A stretch of DNA of 64,000 nt. It comes from an uncultured bacterium (GTDB taxonomy: Bacteria; Desulfobacterota_D; UBA1144; Nemesobacterales; UBA2774). Position 1 is the first letter of the stretch; each line of letters begins with the position of its first letter. Shown one piece after another: positions 1 through 10,180 of the stretch. Below the pieces are notes generated by a model that saw only the letters and a program-made list of their open reading frames with translations, was not told the DNA's origin and did not search any database. Location of the stretch: NCBI GenBank assembly GCA_963825135.1, contig CAWGRW010000009.1:2400001-2464000 (forward strand), read 5' to 3'. The translations under genes and the position numbers were made by a program.

Positions 1-52
1 ATGCCAAACTTATATATTGGCTATCCCGTATAGCATAAACGACGGGCGTCTT

Positions 53-1663
53 TTACAATATCCTGGTGTCCCGGGCAAGGCGTAAATCTCTGAAAAGATA
101 ACGTTTTATTTTTCGGGTGGTGGTCTTGGGAAACTCTTCGAGTCTGAGCGCGAAGTGCCTGACCTTTTTATATGCTTCGAGTTCCCCGTTTGTCCTTCTC
201 ACTTCACGCTGTATCAGCTCCCATAATTTATCCGGCGTGACTTGCTCCCCCATCTGCTCGAGCTTTTTTTGAGCCTCCTCCATCTGTGGGTATATGAGGG
301 CCTGTATATCGACGTCGTCCGGACTGAAAACGAGCGCTTCTTCGATGAGCGGGGATTTGGTCAGCTTCTCTTCGATTTCTTCAGGAAAAACATTCTTTCC
401 TCCCCTCGTGACTATTACGAATTTTTTTCTCCCCGTTATATACAGGTATCCGTCCTCGTCGAAGTACCCTATGTCGCCCGTGAGCAGCCACCCGTCCTGT
501 GTGATAGCCTCGTCGGTAGCCGATTTGTTGTTGTAGTATCCGATCATGATATTGGGTCCCCTGGCCGCGATCTCTCCGTTCCCGTCGCTGTCGATATCCC
601 TGATCTCCACATCGTTGCTCGGTATCACCATTCCGATGCTTTCGGGCTTGGGGTTCGAAGGCGGGTTCACGGTTATGAGAGGGGAGGCTTCCGACAGGCC
701 GTAGCCCTGTATCACCTCGAGCCCGTAATCGAAAAGGCCCGAAGAGACCCAGCCGGGCAGCGCCGCACCGCCCGAGACTATAAGCCTGATTTCCTCGAAA
801 CCGAGACTCCGCCTGATCTTCTGCTTAAGAAAGCTTCCCGGCATGAGACTGGCTAATAACCCTTTAATTCCAGTTTGGCCGGATATCTCCTTGTGAATCC
901 TCAGATAAAGCTTCTCGAGAATGAGCGGAGCGCTCAGCCAGACGGTCGGCCTCGCGAGCTTGATATCCTCCATAAGTTCCCTCGGCTTTAACCCCCTGCC
1001 GTAAAAGACGCTCATACCGCTGCCGAATGTCGCTATAAGCCCGCCCGTGCACTCATACGAATGGTGTACGGGGAGTATGGAAAACGCCCTGTCTTCAGGT
1101 CCGTAGTTTATCGTCCTGTGAACGTCGTCGACGTTCGACATTATATTCCGGTGGCTGAGCATCACGCCCTTGGGGTCTCCGGTGGTCCCCGAAGTAAAGA
1201 GGATTTCGAGGAGACTGTCCGGGTCTAAATTCTCCATGGCCTGACCCGAGGCGTATCTGCCGCACAGGTCTTCGATATCGTCCATAAGGATTATTTGCTT
1301 CAGGTCTTTCAATTCGTGTGCTATGGATCGTATGCCGGTATTATACGAACCGGAAACGATTACGGCTTTCGCGGATGAGAAGGAAAGAATAAATCTATGG
1401 CTATCGAGCGGAGCGCGTGCGTCGAGCGGTATGGCGACCGCGCCTATCCAGGCAACCGCGAAAAGCGATATTCCCCACTCGGGCCTGTTTTCCCCCAGTA
1501 TAGCCACGTGGTCCCCTTTTCCTATGCCTAGCTCTTTCAAATGTCTCGCAAGCTTTTTGACGTATTCCAGGACCCTTCCGTAAGTAAGCTCGTACAGGGC
1601 GTTTTGTCTCGGAGTACGGTAAGCGATGTTGTCCGGGTACTTATCCGCGCTGTATTCGATCAT
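53..1663 (-). CDS. Long-chain fatty acid-CoA ligase (AMP-binding family)
   Basis: AMP-binding motif FTSGTTGDPKG, plus GYGLSE, TGDIG and GRKK..IVTRGGKNVFPEEIE motifs. The true start may lie upstream at 1753 (see findings). Confidence 0.9.
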   Translation of the reverse strand: MIEYSADKYPDNIAYRTPRQNALYELTYGRVLEYVKKLARHLKELGIGKGDHVAILGENRPEWGISLFAVAWIGAVAIPLDARAPLDSHRFILSFSSAKAVIVSGSYNTGIRSIAHELKDLKQIILMDDIEDLCGRYASGQAMENLDPDSLLEILFTSGTTGDPKGVMLSHRNIMSNVDDVHRTINYGPEDRAFSILPVHHSYECTGGLIATFGSGMSVFYGRGLKPRELMEDIKLARPTVWLSAPLILEKLYLRIHKEISGQTGIKGLLASLMPGSFLKQKIRRSLGFEEIRLIVSGGAALPGWVSSGLFDYGLEVIQGYGLSEASPLITVNPPSNPKPESIGMVIPSNDVEIRDIDSDGNGEIAARGPNIMIGYYNNKSATDEAITQDGWLLTGDIGYFDEDGYLYITGRKKFVIVTRGGKNVFPEEIEEKLTKSPLIEEALVFSPDDVDIQALIYPQMEEAQKKLEQMGEQVTPDKLWELIQREVRRTNGELEAYKKVRHFALRLEEFPKTTTRKIKRYLFRDLRLARDTRIL

Positions 1664-1823
1664 ATCGGGAAGCGTAAATATCCCGAGACTCCCCCTGAAA
1701 GTCGGGATTTTCTTTAATGGTTTTGAGAATTTCTTCTTGAGAGATTGTTCGATTGCTTATGCTCCGTAAGTCAATTTTACTTTGAACAGGGGGTATCCTG
1801 CAAATAGCGATGCGCTTCCGGAT

Positions 1824-2150
1824 TCATTTTTTGAAGATGAAATAGGCCCCTCCGGCTATAAGGGCGAAGCCGAGTACGTAATTCCACCTCATCTGCTCAT
1901 TCAGGTAAAGGACGCTGAAGAAGGAAAATATCGTAAGCGAAATTACCTCCTGGATCGTTTTTAGCTCCACCGCCGTGAACTGCCCGTAGCCCCATCTGTT
2001 AGCCGGGACCTGGAAGCAATACTCCGCAAATGCGATGAGCCAGCTTAGGAGGATGACCTCCCAGAGCGGGAGGTACCTGAATTTGAGGTGTCCGGACCAG
2101 GCGAAGGTCATGAATATGTTGGAACAGATCAAAAGCGCTATGGTAATCAT
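1824..2150 (-). CDS. Small DMT-superfamily membrane protein (DMT_6-like)
   Basis: Four hydrophobic segments and the signatures SNIFMTFAW.GHLK and EYCFQVPANR.G. Start moved to the ATG at 2150, behind a GAGGAG RBS. Confidence 0.85.
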   Translation of the reverse strand: MITIALLICSNIFMTFAWSGHLKFRYLPLWEVILLSWLIAFAEYCFQVPANRWGYGQFTAVELKTIQEVISLTIFSFFSVLYLNEQMRWNYVLGFALIAGGAYFIFKK

Positions 2151-2349
2151 TATCCGGGTCTCCTCGATTAGTATTTTAGCGGGGCAGGGCGCCCGTCTTC
2201 CGGTTGTACCCATTTCGGAATAATCGCTGACAAAGACAACTCTCCATAAACACTCGATAAATCATATCGGGTCTATTGACATTTTGTCAAAATAAACCTA
2301 TACCTCGTCATAGATGTATATGCTGGAAACCAAAGGAGGCGTGTTTGGT

Positions 2350-3807
2350 ATGCGGAAATATATTGCTATTATTTCGAAACTGACATCCGGGGTGGTTCTG
2401 CCGGCACTAATAATTTTTATGGTCTTCAATGCGGGTAATTCCCTTGCGCAATCCTCAGGAGGGTCATCGGGGACCAACATCCTTTTTATACTCGACGCTT
2501 CGGGGAGCATGGCGGCCAAGATCGACGGCAAGCCCAAAATGGACGTCGCGAAAGAGGTCATGACCGATCTGATAGACGGGCTGCCCGACAGTGTGAACGT
2601 GGGTCTCGAGGTTTACGGGCACAGGAGTAAGGGCGATTGCAACGATATCGAGACCATGGCCGACGTAGGGGCGATCAACAAGCAGGCCCTCGTCGACAAG
2701 ATAAATTCGATACAGCCGAAAGGGAAAACCCCTATCGCCAAATCACTCCAGATGGCCGGGGAGAAACTGAACGCCTCCGAAGACGAGACTACCATTATAC
2801 TGGTGAGCGACGGAGAAGAAACCTGTGAGGGCAACGCCTGCACCTATGTAAAAGACCTGAGGGAGAAAGGCATCAACGTCAAGGTGCATGTCGTCGGTTT
2901 CGATGTCGGTCAGAAGGAAAAAGAGCAGCTGAGTTGTATAGCCGAGGCGGGCGGAGGGAGGTATTACACCGCTAACAACGCTGATCAGCTTAAACAGGCG
3001 CTATCGGAGGTAAAAGAGGAAGTGGTCGCGAAGGCCGCGGAACCTCCGGCAGTCTCAAAACTGAAAACTCTTCCCAAGGGAGGGGACAGGCCAGAAACAG
3101 CCGTTCCCGTCGAGCCCGGGGATTATGAGACGGATCATGTGATACCAAAGAATACCCGCGAGTATTTCTCGGTCAAGCTGAAGGCGGGACAGACGCTGGG
3201 CGTCGGAGTCCGTACGCCCGACAGCGAGAACCCTTACGCCGGGGTCGGTATCTATAACGAATCCGGGAACCTCGTCGTTCACGAGAATATAATTGGGAGC
3301 GAAGGCACCCTGAAGACAGTAAGCTGGATGACTAATTCGGCGAAAGACGAGTACACGTACTATTTCAGCGCCGGTAACGAGTACGACCCCACCCCCAAGG
3401 GGACTGCGTACTATATAAAGGTCGTGGATGATTCCGATATAGGCGGCACGACCGACGCGGGGGATATTTTCGATAACGCCATGGGAATGGAACCCGGAAA
3501 GTATAACGGATTCCTGTCCGGGACATGGGGAGAGGACAAGAAGGATTATTATACGGTTCCCATGAAAGCGGAACAGAAACTGAGCGTTAAAGTGACTCCC
3601 GCTACGGATACGGGGTTCAGTGTTTCCATACTGGACCAGGACCGGGTAAACGTCGCTCAGAAGTCCTCGGCGAATCCGGGGGCCATAACCAGGGTCTCAT
3701 GGTCGGCGGCCGAGGATCAGGAGGTAGTTTATATACTGGTCGAGCCCAACGACTACCCGGACAAATCAACGGCTTTAAAATATGACCTGAGTGTCACACT
3801 CGAATGA
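2350..3807 (+). CDS. Exported VWA-domain protein with C-terminal beta-sandwich (PPC-like) repeats
   Basis: Signal-like N-terminus, MIDAS motif DASGS..T..SDG, and an AGGAGG RBS before ATG 2350. The C-terminal half has two similar beta-rich units. Confidence 0.8.
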   Translation: MRKYIAIISKLTSGVVLPALIIFMVFNAGNSLAQSSGGSSGTNILFILDASGSMAAKIDGKPKMDVAKEVMTDLIDGLPDSVNVGLEVYGHRSKGDCNDIETMADVGAINKQALVDKINSIQPKGKTPIAKSLQMAGEKLNASEDETTIILVSDGEETCEGNACTYVKDLREKGINVKVHVVGFDVGQKEKEQLSCIAEAGGGRYYTANNADQLKQALSEVKEEVVAKAAEPPAVSKLKTLPKGGDRPETAVPVEPGDYETDHVIPKNTREYFSVKLKAGQTLGVGVRTPDSENPYAGVGIYNESGNLVVHENIIGSEGTLKTVSWMTNSAKDEYTYYFSAGNEYDPTPKGTAYYIKVVDDSDIGGTTDAGDIFDNAMGMEPGKYNGFLSGTWGEDKKDYYTVPMKAEQKLSVKVTPATDTGFSVSILDQDRVNVAQKSSANPGAITRVSWSAAEDQEVVYILVEPNDYPDKSTALKYDLSVTLE

Positions 3808-3878
3808 CGGATCGAGCCAGGGACAATTAAGAGCAGTGAATCGTTAACCGTATTTGCCGCAGCAAAGGAAATCTCTTG

Positions 3879-3910
3879 AACGGGACCCCGGAATACAACA
3901 GGGTCCCGTT
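3879..3910. terminator. Inverted repeat between convergent genes, probable terminator
   Basis: AACGGGACCC-N12-GGGTCCCGTT, a perfect 10-bp stem between the convergent VWA and HAD genes. Confidence 0.6.
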
Positions 3911-3912
3911 TC

Positions 3913-4671
3913 TTATTTTAGATCCGGGAGAATCTCCACGATGTCCGGGAATGTCGGAATTATATATTCGGGTTCGGGATTTAAATCATCCTCCGCCTGG
4001 TTTTTATTGTTCAGCCATACGGCGTCCATGCCCACGCCCTTCGCCCCGCATATATCCGCTCCGAAATTATCGCCCACGAAGAGAGCCTCCTCGGGCAGTA
4101 TGTTCAGGAGCTCGATCGCCCTCCTGAAGATTACGGGCTTCGGTTTCCTCCAGCCCACTTCTTCCGATATTACTATGCTTTCGAAATAGCGCCCTATCCC
4201 GAATTTCCGGATGAGCGAATATGCCGTCGGCGCATAATCGAAGTTGGAAATAATAGCCATGCGGTAACCCTTGTTTCTCACGTCATCCAGCGCCTTTTCA
4301 TTTTCTCCCGGGAATTCGACCGTCCGGGCAAGACCCTCCATATGAGCCCGCACCATTTCGTCCGCCGCGAGCCCGGCGTTATTATCGACGGGTATTTTCA
4401 TGTCACCGAGCATGAGCATAAACCTGTCGCGGTTCGGATACTCTCTCCATTCGACCTGCTTCATATTCTGGAACCGGTGATAACTTTCTACGAAATAGGG
4501 ATAGAACTCAGCGAACGTGATGCCGGGGTAAAACCCGGAGAAGACGGAATATACCTCGTGACTCGTCGTCCTCGACCTTACCCCCTGTAGATCGATCGCT
4601 GGCAGGCGGCTGAAATCGAAGTTGAATATGGTATCGAAGAGGTCGAAAATGACGGTCGTGTACTTTTTCAT
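3913..4671 (-). CDS. HAD-superfamily hydrolase
   Basis: Motif I FDLFDT, motif II ISN, motif III KP, motif IV VGDN..AD..GA..GM. Confidence 0.88.
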   Translation of the reverse strand: MKKYTTVIFDLFDTIFNFDFSRLPAIDLQGVRSRTTSHEVYSVFSGFYPGITFAEFYPYFVESYHRFQNMKQVEWREYPNRDRFMLMLGDMKIPVDNNAGLAADEMVRAHMEGLARTVEFPGENEKALDDVRNKGYRMAIISNFDYAPTAYSLIRKFGIGRYFESIVISEEVGWRKPKPVIFRRAIELLNILPEEALFVGDNFGADICGAKGVGMDAVWLNNKNQAEDDLNPEPEYIIPTFPDIVEILPDLK

Positions 4672-4703
4672 TTCCTGGTGCCGGGATCACAATACGCCCT
4701 ATG

Positions 4704-5078
4704 TCAGCGGTGACTCACCGCCCTTTCGAGGATTACCTCTATAATGTTTTCATGGACCCCGAGGGGCTCCGTCACGTAATAGCTCACGCCCTTGTGTTTG
4801 CTTGCGGCCTCGGCCGCCATTCTGGGTATGTCCTGTGTCGAGTGCTTTCCGGGGACAAGAAAATAGGGGTGGATCACGATGTGGCTTGCGCCCTCCGCGG
4901 CGCAAGCGTCAAAGGCCTGAGCTATGGTGGGTTCCGCAAGCTCCATGTGGCAGTACCTTACCATATCGAAGCCGCACCTCTCGTTCGATTTTATCAGTTC
5001 CGCTATTTCGGCGAGCATAGCGTTTGCTTCCCCCACCGTGCTGCCGTGATCCACGATAATAAGGGCTTTCTTGCTCAT
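4704..5078 (-). CDS. Short CbiX/SirB-type sirohydrochlorin chelatase
   Basis: IIVDHGS, HMELAEPTI, PYFLVPGKH and PLGVH motifs of single-domain CbiX. Confidence 0.85.
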   Translation of the reverse strand: MSKKALIIVDHGSTVGEANAMLAEIAELIKSNERCGFDMVRYCHMELAEPTIAQAFDACAAEGASHIVIHPYFLVPGKHSTQDIPRMAAEAASKHKGVSYYVTEPLGVHENIIEVILERAVSHR

Positions 5079-5141
5079 GTTCTATCCCGGGTTTCTATCT
5101 GACGCCGCCGTGTAATAGGTCCATCTGCGGCTAATGCGAGT

Positions 5142-6311
5142 TTAGCCCATATTGATTGCGTTCAGCTTTACCGCTTCGAGTACTATTTCCGAGCAGCGGA
5201 AAAATTCTTCGAGCACCAGATACTCGTTTACGGTGTGGAGCTCGTACATTCCCGTTCCGAGGTTTACGCACTCTACACCCATCTTGTTGAAATAATTGGC
5301 GTCGCATCCGCCCCCGCTCGTATGGTGTTCGATCTTATGTCCGATGTTCGATACGGCGGTCTCCACGAGGCGCGCGGGTATCGACTCCGGGGGGACGTCC
5401 ATCCTGTCGTAGCTCCTGTCTATCTTCTCTTCGAGCGTCGCAACGCGCGTCGTACCCTCTAATGAAAGGTCGTCGTGAATCGTGACTTCGTATTTGGAGA
5501 CGGCATCGTGGAAACATCTTCGCATATGGTCGACCTGGGCTTTTAACGCTTCCTCGCTGTGGCTCCTCGCTTCTCCGACCGCGTTGACGAGGTTGGGGAT
5601 AATATTCGTCGCCCTCCCTCCCCGTATTATCCCTATGTTGGCGGTGGTAATGTCGTCGATCCTGCCAAGCTTCATCTGTGATATGGCTTCGCTCGCGATC
5701 TTAATGGCGCTGAGCCCGTTCTCCGGGCATACACCCGCATGCGCTTCGAGGCCGTGCACCGTAAACTCCATTTTTACTGCGGAGGGGCACCTGAGAACGA
5801 GCCTCGACGGCGTGCTGCTGTCGAGCACGATTCCGTACCTGGAAACGAATTTCGATATGTCAATAAATTTTGCGCCGAGCAGCCCGATCTCCTCACAAAT
5901 TGTAAACGCGACCTCGATATCCCCATGGGGTATGTTCTTTTCTTTAAGTGTTCGAAGCACCTCCACGATTACGGCGAGCCCGCTTTTATCGTCACTCCCC
6001 AGGATCGTGGTACCGTCGCTTCTTATTATGCCGTTCTCGACCCTGGGCTTAATGCCTTCGCCGGGCCCTACCGTGTCCATGTGCGCGGATAGAAAAAAGG
6101 GCTGAACGCCTGATTTGCTGCCTTTGAGCTTTACGATAAGGTTCCCTACGTTGCCGTTTACCTTTTCACCCGCGTCGTCGTAAAGGCATTCTGCCCCCAG
6201 ATCCCTCATTTCCTTTTCGAGCCTAGTCGCGACGTCTTTTTCCCTTCTCGACGGACTGTCGATTCTGATCAGCTCCATTACGTGCTCGGTCATTCTTTCG
6301 GTATTTATCAT
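5142..6311 (-). CDS. M20 family metallopeptidase (peptidase T-like)
   Basis: Metal-ligand motifs SAHMDTV, GSDDKSG, EEIGLLGA, GGGCDAN and HTVNE. Confidence 0.88.
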   Translation of the reverse strand: MINTERMTEHVMELIRIDSPSRREKDVATRLEKEMRDLGAECLYDDAGEKVNGNVGNLIVKLKGSKSGVQPFFLSAHMDTVGPGEGIKPRVENGIIRSDGTTILGSDDKSGLAVIVEVLRTLKEKNIPHGDIEVAFTICEEIGLLGAKFIDISKFVSRYGIVLDSSTPSRLVLRCPSAVKMEFTVHGLEAHAGVCPENGLSAIKIASEAISQMKLGRIDDITTANIGIIRGGRATNIIPNLVNAVGEARSHSEEALKAQVDHMRRCFHDAVSKYEVTIHDDLSLEGTTRVATLEEKIDRSYDRMDVPPESIPARLVETAVSNIGHKIEHHTSGGGCDANYFNKMGVECVNLGTGMYELHTVNEYLVLEEFFRCSEIVLEAVKLNAINMG

Positions 6312-6576
6312 AAGAGCTCCCGGCCTGATATCAGTGCGATTACATCATAACAATATGATATTCGACGATACAAGGCTTAATCAGTATAACTAAAGCTCAC
6401 GAGTTTAGAAATCAATGCGGGTTTGCGTATGCCGGGGCAGGGGATGCTGAATCGACTATGAAAAATCGGGACTTAAGATGGCCCGGTCGGATAGCCGGAC
6501 GCGGTTTGTCTGTTCGCTTGTTTGATTCGCGATTGGTGAATGTGTATTCCTGTTTTGTTGCTTATTGCTTATCTAT

Positions 6577-6834
6577 TTATTCCCCCATCAATTCCCTTAT
6601 TGCGTCAATAACTTTCCCGAGCTCCGCTCTGTTAAGAGAATAGAATCGGTTTTGTTTGATTTTCCGCTCATTGATCAGCCCCGCTTCTTTTAATATCTTC
6701 AAATGGTTTGAGACTGTGGGTTGTGAGATATTGAACTTGCTTGCTATTTCACCCGCACTTGCGTCGCTTTTCCCTAATATCTTCAGTATTGTCCTTCTCC
6801 GTTCGTCGCTTATCGCCTTGAAAGCACAGCCCAT
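6577..6834 (-). CDS. ArsR/SmtB family transcriptional regulator (copy 1)
   Basis: FKAISDERRRTIL..AGEIASKFNISQPTVSNHLKILKEAGL winged HTH. GGGAG RBS before ATG 6834. Confidence 0.88.
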   Translation of the reverse strand: MGCAFKAISDERRRTILKILGKSDASAGEIASKFNISQPTVSNHLKILKEAGLINERKIKQNRFYSLNRAELGKVIDAIRELMGE

Positions 6835-7271
6835 TTCATCTCCCGTATGGTTCGTAATTAGAGAATTATAAAAATTCATTCTATATGATGAGCTTTGTAA
6901 AATCAACAGTGCACTTAAGAAATTATTGAGAATTGATTATGATTCAATCCTGAATCGGGCATGAACGGATCGGGTTTTATTCGTTTGTATGCAATAACAA
7001 CGCAGTGTTTTTTTGGAAAAAATTGTTATTCGTTGGTGGACCCGGACTCGGTTCCGAGATTTGATGCCGGCGGGATTTAAGAAAGAAGCGTCGAGGCTGT
7101 TTGTGCCGGATACGCGTCGATAGAGAGCAGTCGCCGCTTTGTTATATCATGCGACGATAGAGCTTATGCAGGGAAAGGGGGAGATGCATCCGTTCTCCTC
7201 ACCCGAGTTCCTGGGTATGGAATAGAGAGCGTGAAAAAGGGCTGCGCCAGCGATTCCCGGCGCCTTCTTCC

Positions 7272-7709
7272 TCATTTGGAGATCGCGCGGTCTATGGACC
7301 AGATGCCGCCGCCCTTAATGAGCACGATCAATCCCAGTCCCACGGCTAACAGATGGTACTCGAAACCCTCTCCGGCTCCGCTGCCGCCCCAGTTCATGAA
7401 AAAGCCGTTCTGGAGGTGCACCGTAACGATCGCCCCGAGCATTATGATTGTTATGCCGAACGCTGCAATGCGGCTGAGGAAGCCCAGTATCAGACCCAGG
7501 GCCCCGAAGGATTCTCCGATGATTATCAGGATGGCGACGAATGCCGGGAGTCCGCTCCCCACGAAGAATTCGACCGTATCGGAGAAACCCGCGCCCCCGA
7601 ACAGCCCCAGCAGTTTTTGTAAGCCGTGCGGAAGTATCACGATCCCGAGAGTGATTCTTGCTATGAACGCGCCTATATCATCGCTGGTACGAAGTATCGA
7701 AGCTAACAT
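7272..7709 (-). CDS. DoxX family membrane protein
   Basis: RITLG..HGLQKL, E..G..LILG..R and G.EYHLL..G.G.WSIDR motifs. Confidence 0.9.
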   Translation of the reverse strand: MLASILRTSDDIGAFIARITLGIVILPHGLQKLLGLFGGAGFSDTVEFFVGSGLPAFVAILIIIGESFGALGLILGFLSRIAAFGITIIMLGAIVTVHLQNGFFMNWGGSGAGEGFEYHLLAVGLGLIVLIKGGGIWSIDRAISK

Positions 7710-8488
7710 GGAGCAGCACCCCCGCGGCTTTTACGGACAATCCATACACATCATATTCTATCTTACAAGGTGAGGGATGAACAAGGGGAGATTATTGCGC
7801 GCAAATCCGCCGTTAATACACTTCCAATCGTGCTTCATGCCACCTTCCCGGGAAGCATGAAGTCATCTATATCTAAACCTTGCAGGCCCGGAATATAGGG
7901 GATATATAAGTAGTAATTCTTGCATCGTATATGAAATATATTGCTCTAACGAAATAGGGCGCCTTTTAGTGTTGCGGCGTAAATTAACATTTCGGATGAA
8001 AGAGCTCTTTTTTATTAATTAAGAAGCTTAATGTAACGCTTGAAAATGCGAACTGCACTCATGTTACGCTTTAAATATTGCTTGCAATATACTGACAATA
8101 CAGAGAATTAATACCTCATAAAATGGTTTAAGTGGATTTTTCCACCTTTAGATGTCGATTTTTAAAGATTTAATTTCTAAGGGCGGAAAAGAGGTGCGCT
8201 AACTAACCAGCCGTAATTAATATGAAACCCGTCCCTAATGTAAATTATCAGTTTACGGCCCAAACTTAAAGAGAAAATATTCGGAACGGCGGGATTGATC
8301 GGGGATGTAGTATAGGAGGCATATAAAAGCAATAAAAGCATACAGAAAATATGACTATATTCTATCTATGTAATATATATTCATTATCTATCGTCATCCA
8401 TATATAATGGCTATTCTGAAAATATAACGATCTGAGAATATAGGCTCAGGGACCGGGTAATAAAAATGGTACGGCTCCGGTAGACCGG

Positions 8489-9004
8489 CTATTTACCGGG
8501 CGAGACGGCTTGTAATGCGGTATCCTCGATTCTTATTCTCCGCCTGAGAACAAGCAGGTTCAGCAGACTGAAAACCGCAGAGGTTATATAGCATGAAAAG
8601 ATAAGGGGGATAACTGCGATCTCTATCGCTACGGCGAGATAATTCGGGTGTTTGAGATATCGATACGGTCCTTTTCTGATGATCGGATTCCCGGGCACGA
8701 CGAACACTTTCGTGTTCCAATAAATGCCGAGGCTCATGATAGACCAGTACCTGAGCGCCTGCGTCAGGAGAAATATCACGATCAAGACCGGCCAGTGCTC
8801 GTTGAGGGTCCTTCCCAGGAGGAGGTATTCGGATACTAGGGATAGGAAGAACGCGGCATGCATCAGGACGATAAATTTATAACCCCCGGCGTCGGACTCT
8901 ATCGCTCCCATTTTTCTTACGGTACTTTCGTTCCGCCTGGCAAGAACCAGCTCGAGTATGCGCTGGATTACGAGTAAAGTTACAAATAGAAAAAATAGCG
9001 TCAT
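8489..9004 (-). CDS. Isoprenylcysteine carboxyl methyltransferase (ICMT) family protein, SrsB/BpsB-like
   Basis: QRILEL..ARRN, LG..WNTK, GPYRYLKHPNY and RIRIED motifs. Its start overlaps the type III PKS stop codon. Confidence 0.88.
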   Translation of the reverse strand: MTLFFLFVTLLVIQRILELVLARRNESTVRKMGAIESDAGGYKFIVLMHAAFFLSLVSEYLLLGRTLNEHWPVLIVIFLLTQALRYWSIMSLGIYWNTKVFVVPGNPIIRKGPYRYLKHPNYLAVAIEIAVIPLIFSCYITSAVFSLLNLLVLRRRIRIEDTALQAVSPGK

Positions 9005-10065
9005 TATGTTTTGAACAGCAGGAGCTCCGAGCTGAAACCGGGTCCGAGCGCGGAAATAATACCGTATTCCCCTCTGCTTCCGGGTTCTCCGTCGATGAAC
9101 TCTTTTAAGACGTACAGGACCGTGGAAGAGGACATGTTTCCGTGTTCCCTCAATACCTTCCTCGAATACGTGAACGCCCCTTCTTCCAATCCAAGAGAGC
9201 TCTCGTATTCGCTCAGCACCTTCGGTCCTCCCGGATGGACGATATAGTGTTTCAGGTCGCTGACGGAGATGCCCCGGCCGGATGCAAGCTCCTCGATATT
9301 CACCCTGACTCTCTCTCTGACTATCGAGGGGATGTCCTTACTGAATATCGCTTTGAACCCGTCGTCTACAATCTCCCAGCCCATTATATCCAGAGAGTCG
9401 TAGTAAGTGGTGGAAAGTGATTCAACCAGATCGATGTTCGAGAGCTGATAGAGTTTGTTTTCCTTTCCCGCGACTATTACCGCCGCGGCGCCGTCGGCAA
9501 ACAGCGCGAGCGATACTATATTGCTTTTTGAGTGGTCGTGACCGTGAAACGCCAGACTGCACAACTCGGAGGCTATCAGGAGGGCGGCGCTTTTAGGAAA
9601 GGCTTTCGTATATTCGAGCGCGCGGCTCAGTCCGGCCGCCCCTCCCGCGCATCCAAGGCCCCAGACCGGAGTGCGCTTTATATGGCTGTCGAGCCTTAGC
9701 TCGTTCAATAGTAAAGCATCGACTGTAGGGGTCGCCACCCCGGTGCTCGAAACGTATATGATGTGGTCGAAATCCCCCGTGTCCCCGCCGTATTTACCGA
9801 GGCAGTCTTTTATGGCCGAGTTTGATAAGGACAGCGATCCTAGCCTGTAGGACTCGGAACGCTCCTTGAAGCTCTTTTCATTTTCAAACCATTCCCTGGG
9901 ATTGATGAAGCCCCGGGTTTCGATCTGCGAATTGTCGAATACGTCGAGCATCCTGCCGGGCTCCTGTCCGTTTCTCGAGAGCAGGTCTCGTGCGAATTTT
10001 TTAAGTTCGCACTGACGGAATTCATAAGGCACCTTTGCCGTGCCGACGGATATGACTCTCGACAT
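9004..10065 (-). CDS. Type III polyketide synthase (chalcone synthase-like, SrsA/BpsA-like)
   Basis: Catalytic Cys (GLGCAGG), His (IVHPGG) and Asn (HGNMSS), plus ALFADGAAA and ALGPGF. Start placed at MSRVISVG (10065). Confidence 0.92.
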   Translation of the reverse strand: MSRVISVGTAKVPYEFRQCELKKFARDLLSRNGQEPGRMLDVFDNSQIETRGFINPREWFENEKSFKERSESYRLGSLSLSNSAIKDCLGKYGGDTGDFDHIIYVSSTGVATPTVDALLLNELRLDSHIKRTPVWGLGCAGGAAGLSRALEYTKAFPKSAALLIASELCSLAFHGHDHSKSNIVSLALFADGAAAVIVAGKENKLYQLSNIDLVESLSTTYYDSLDIMGWEIVDDGFKAIFSKDIPSIVRERVRVNIEELASGRGISVSDLKHYIVHPGGPKVLSEYESSLGLEEGAFTYSRKVLREHGNMSSSTVLYVLKEFIDGEPGSRGEYGIISALGPGFSSELLLFKT

Positions 10066-10180
10066 TAATTTACGGCCCCTGACGCAAAACGCAGTTCTGT
10101 TAAGATACTCGGGATGTTGTAATCGACCCCTTACCTGATTAGGTATAAACAACTACGGTATATACATGAGTATATAGATA

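Noticed and set aside
7710..8488. AT-rich gap as a candidate oriC
   Set aside because: I saw no TTATCCACA-type DnaA box cluster, there are no dnaA/dnaN/gidA neighbours, and a dif site lies only about 40 kb away.
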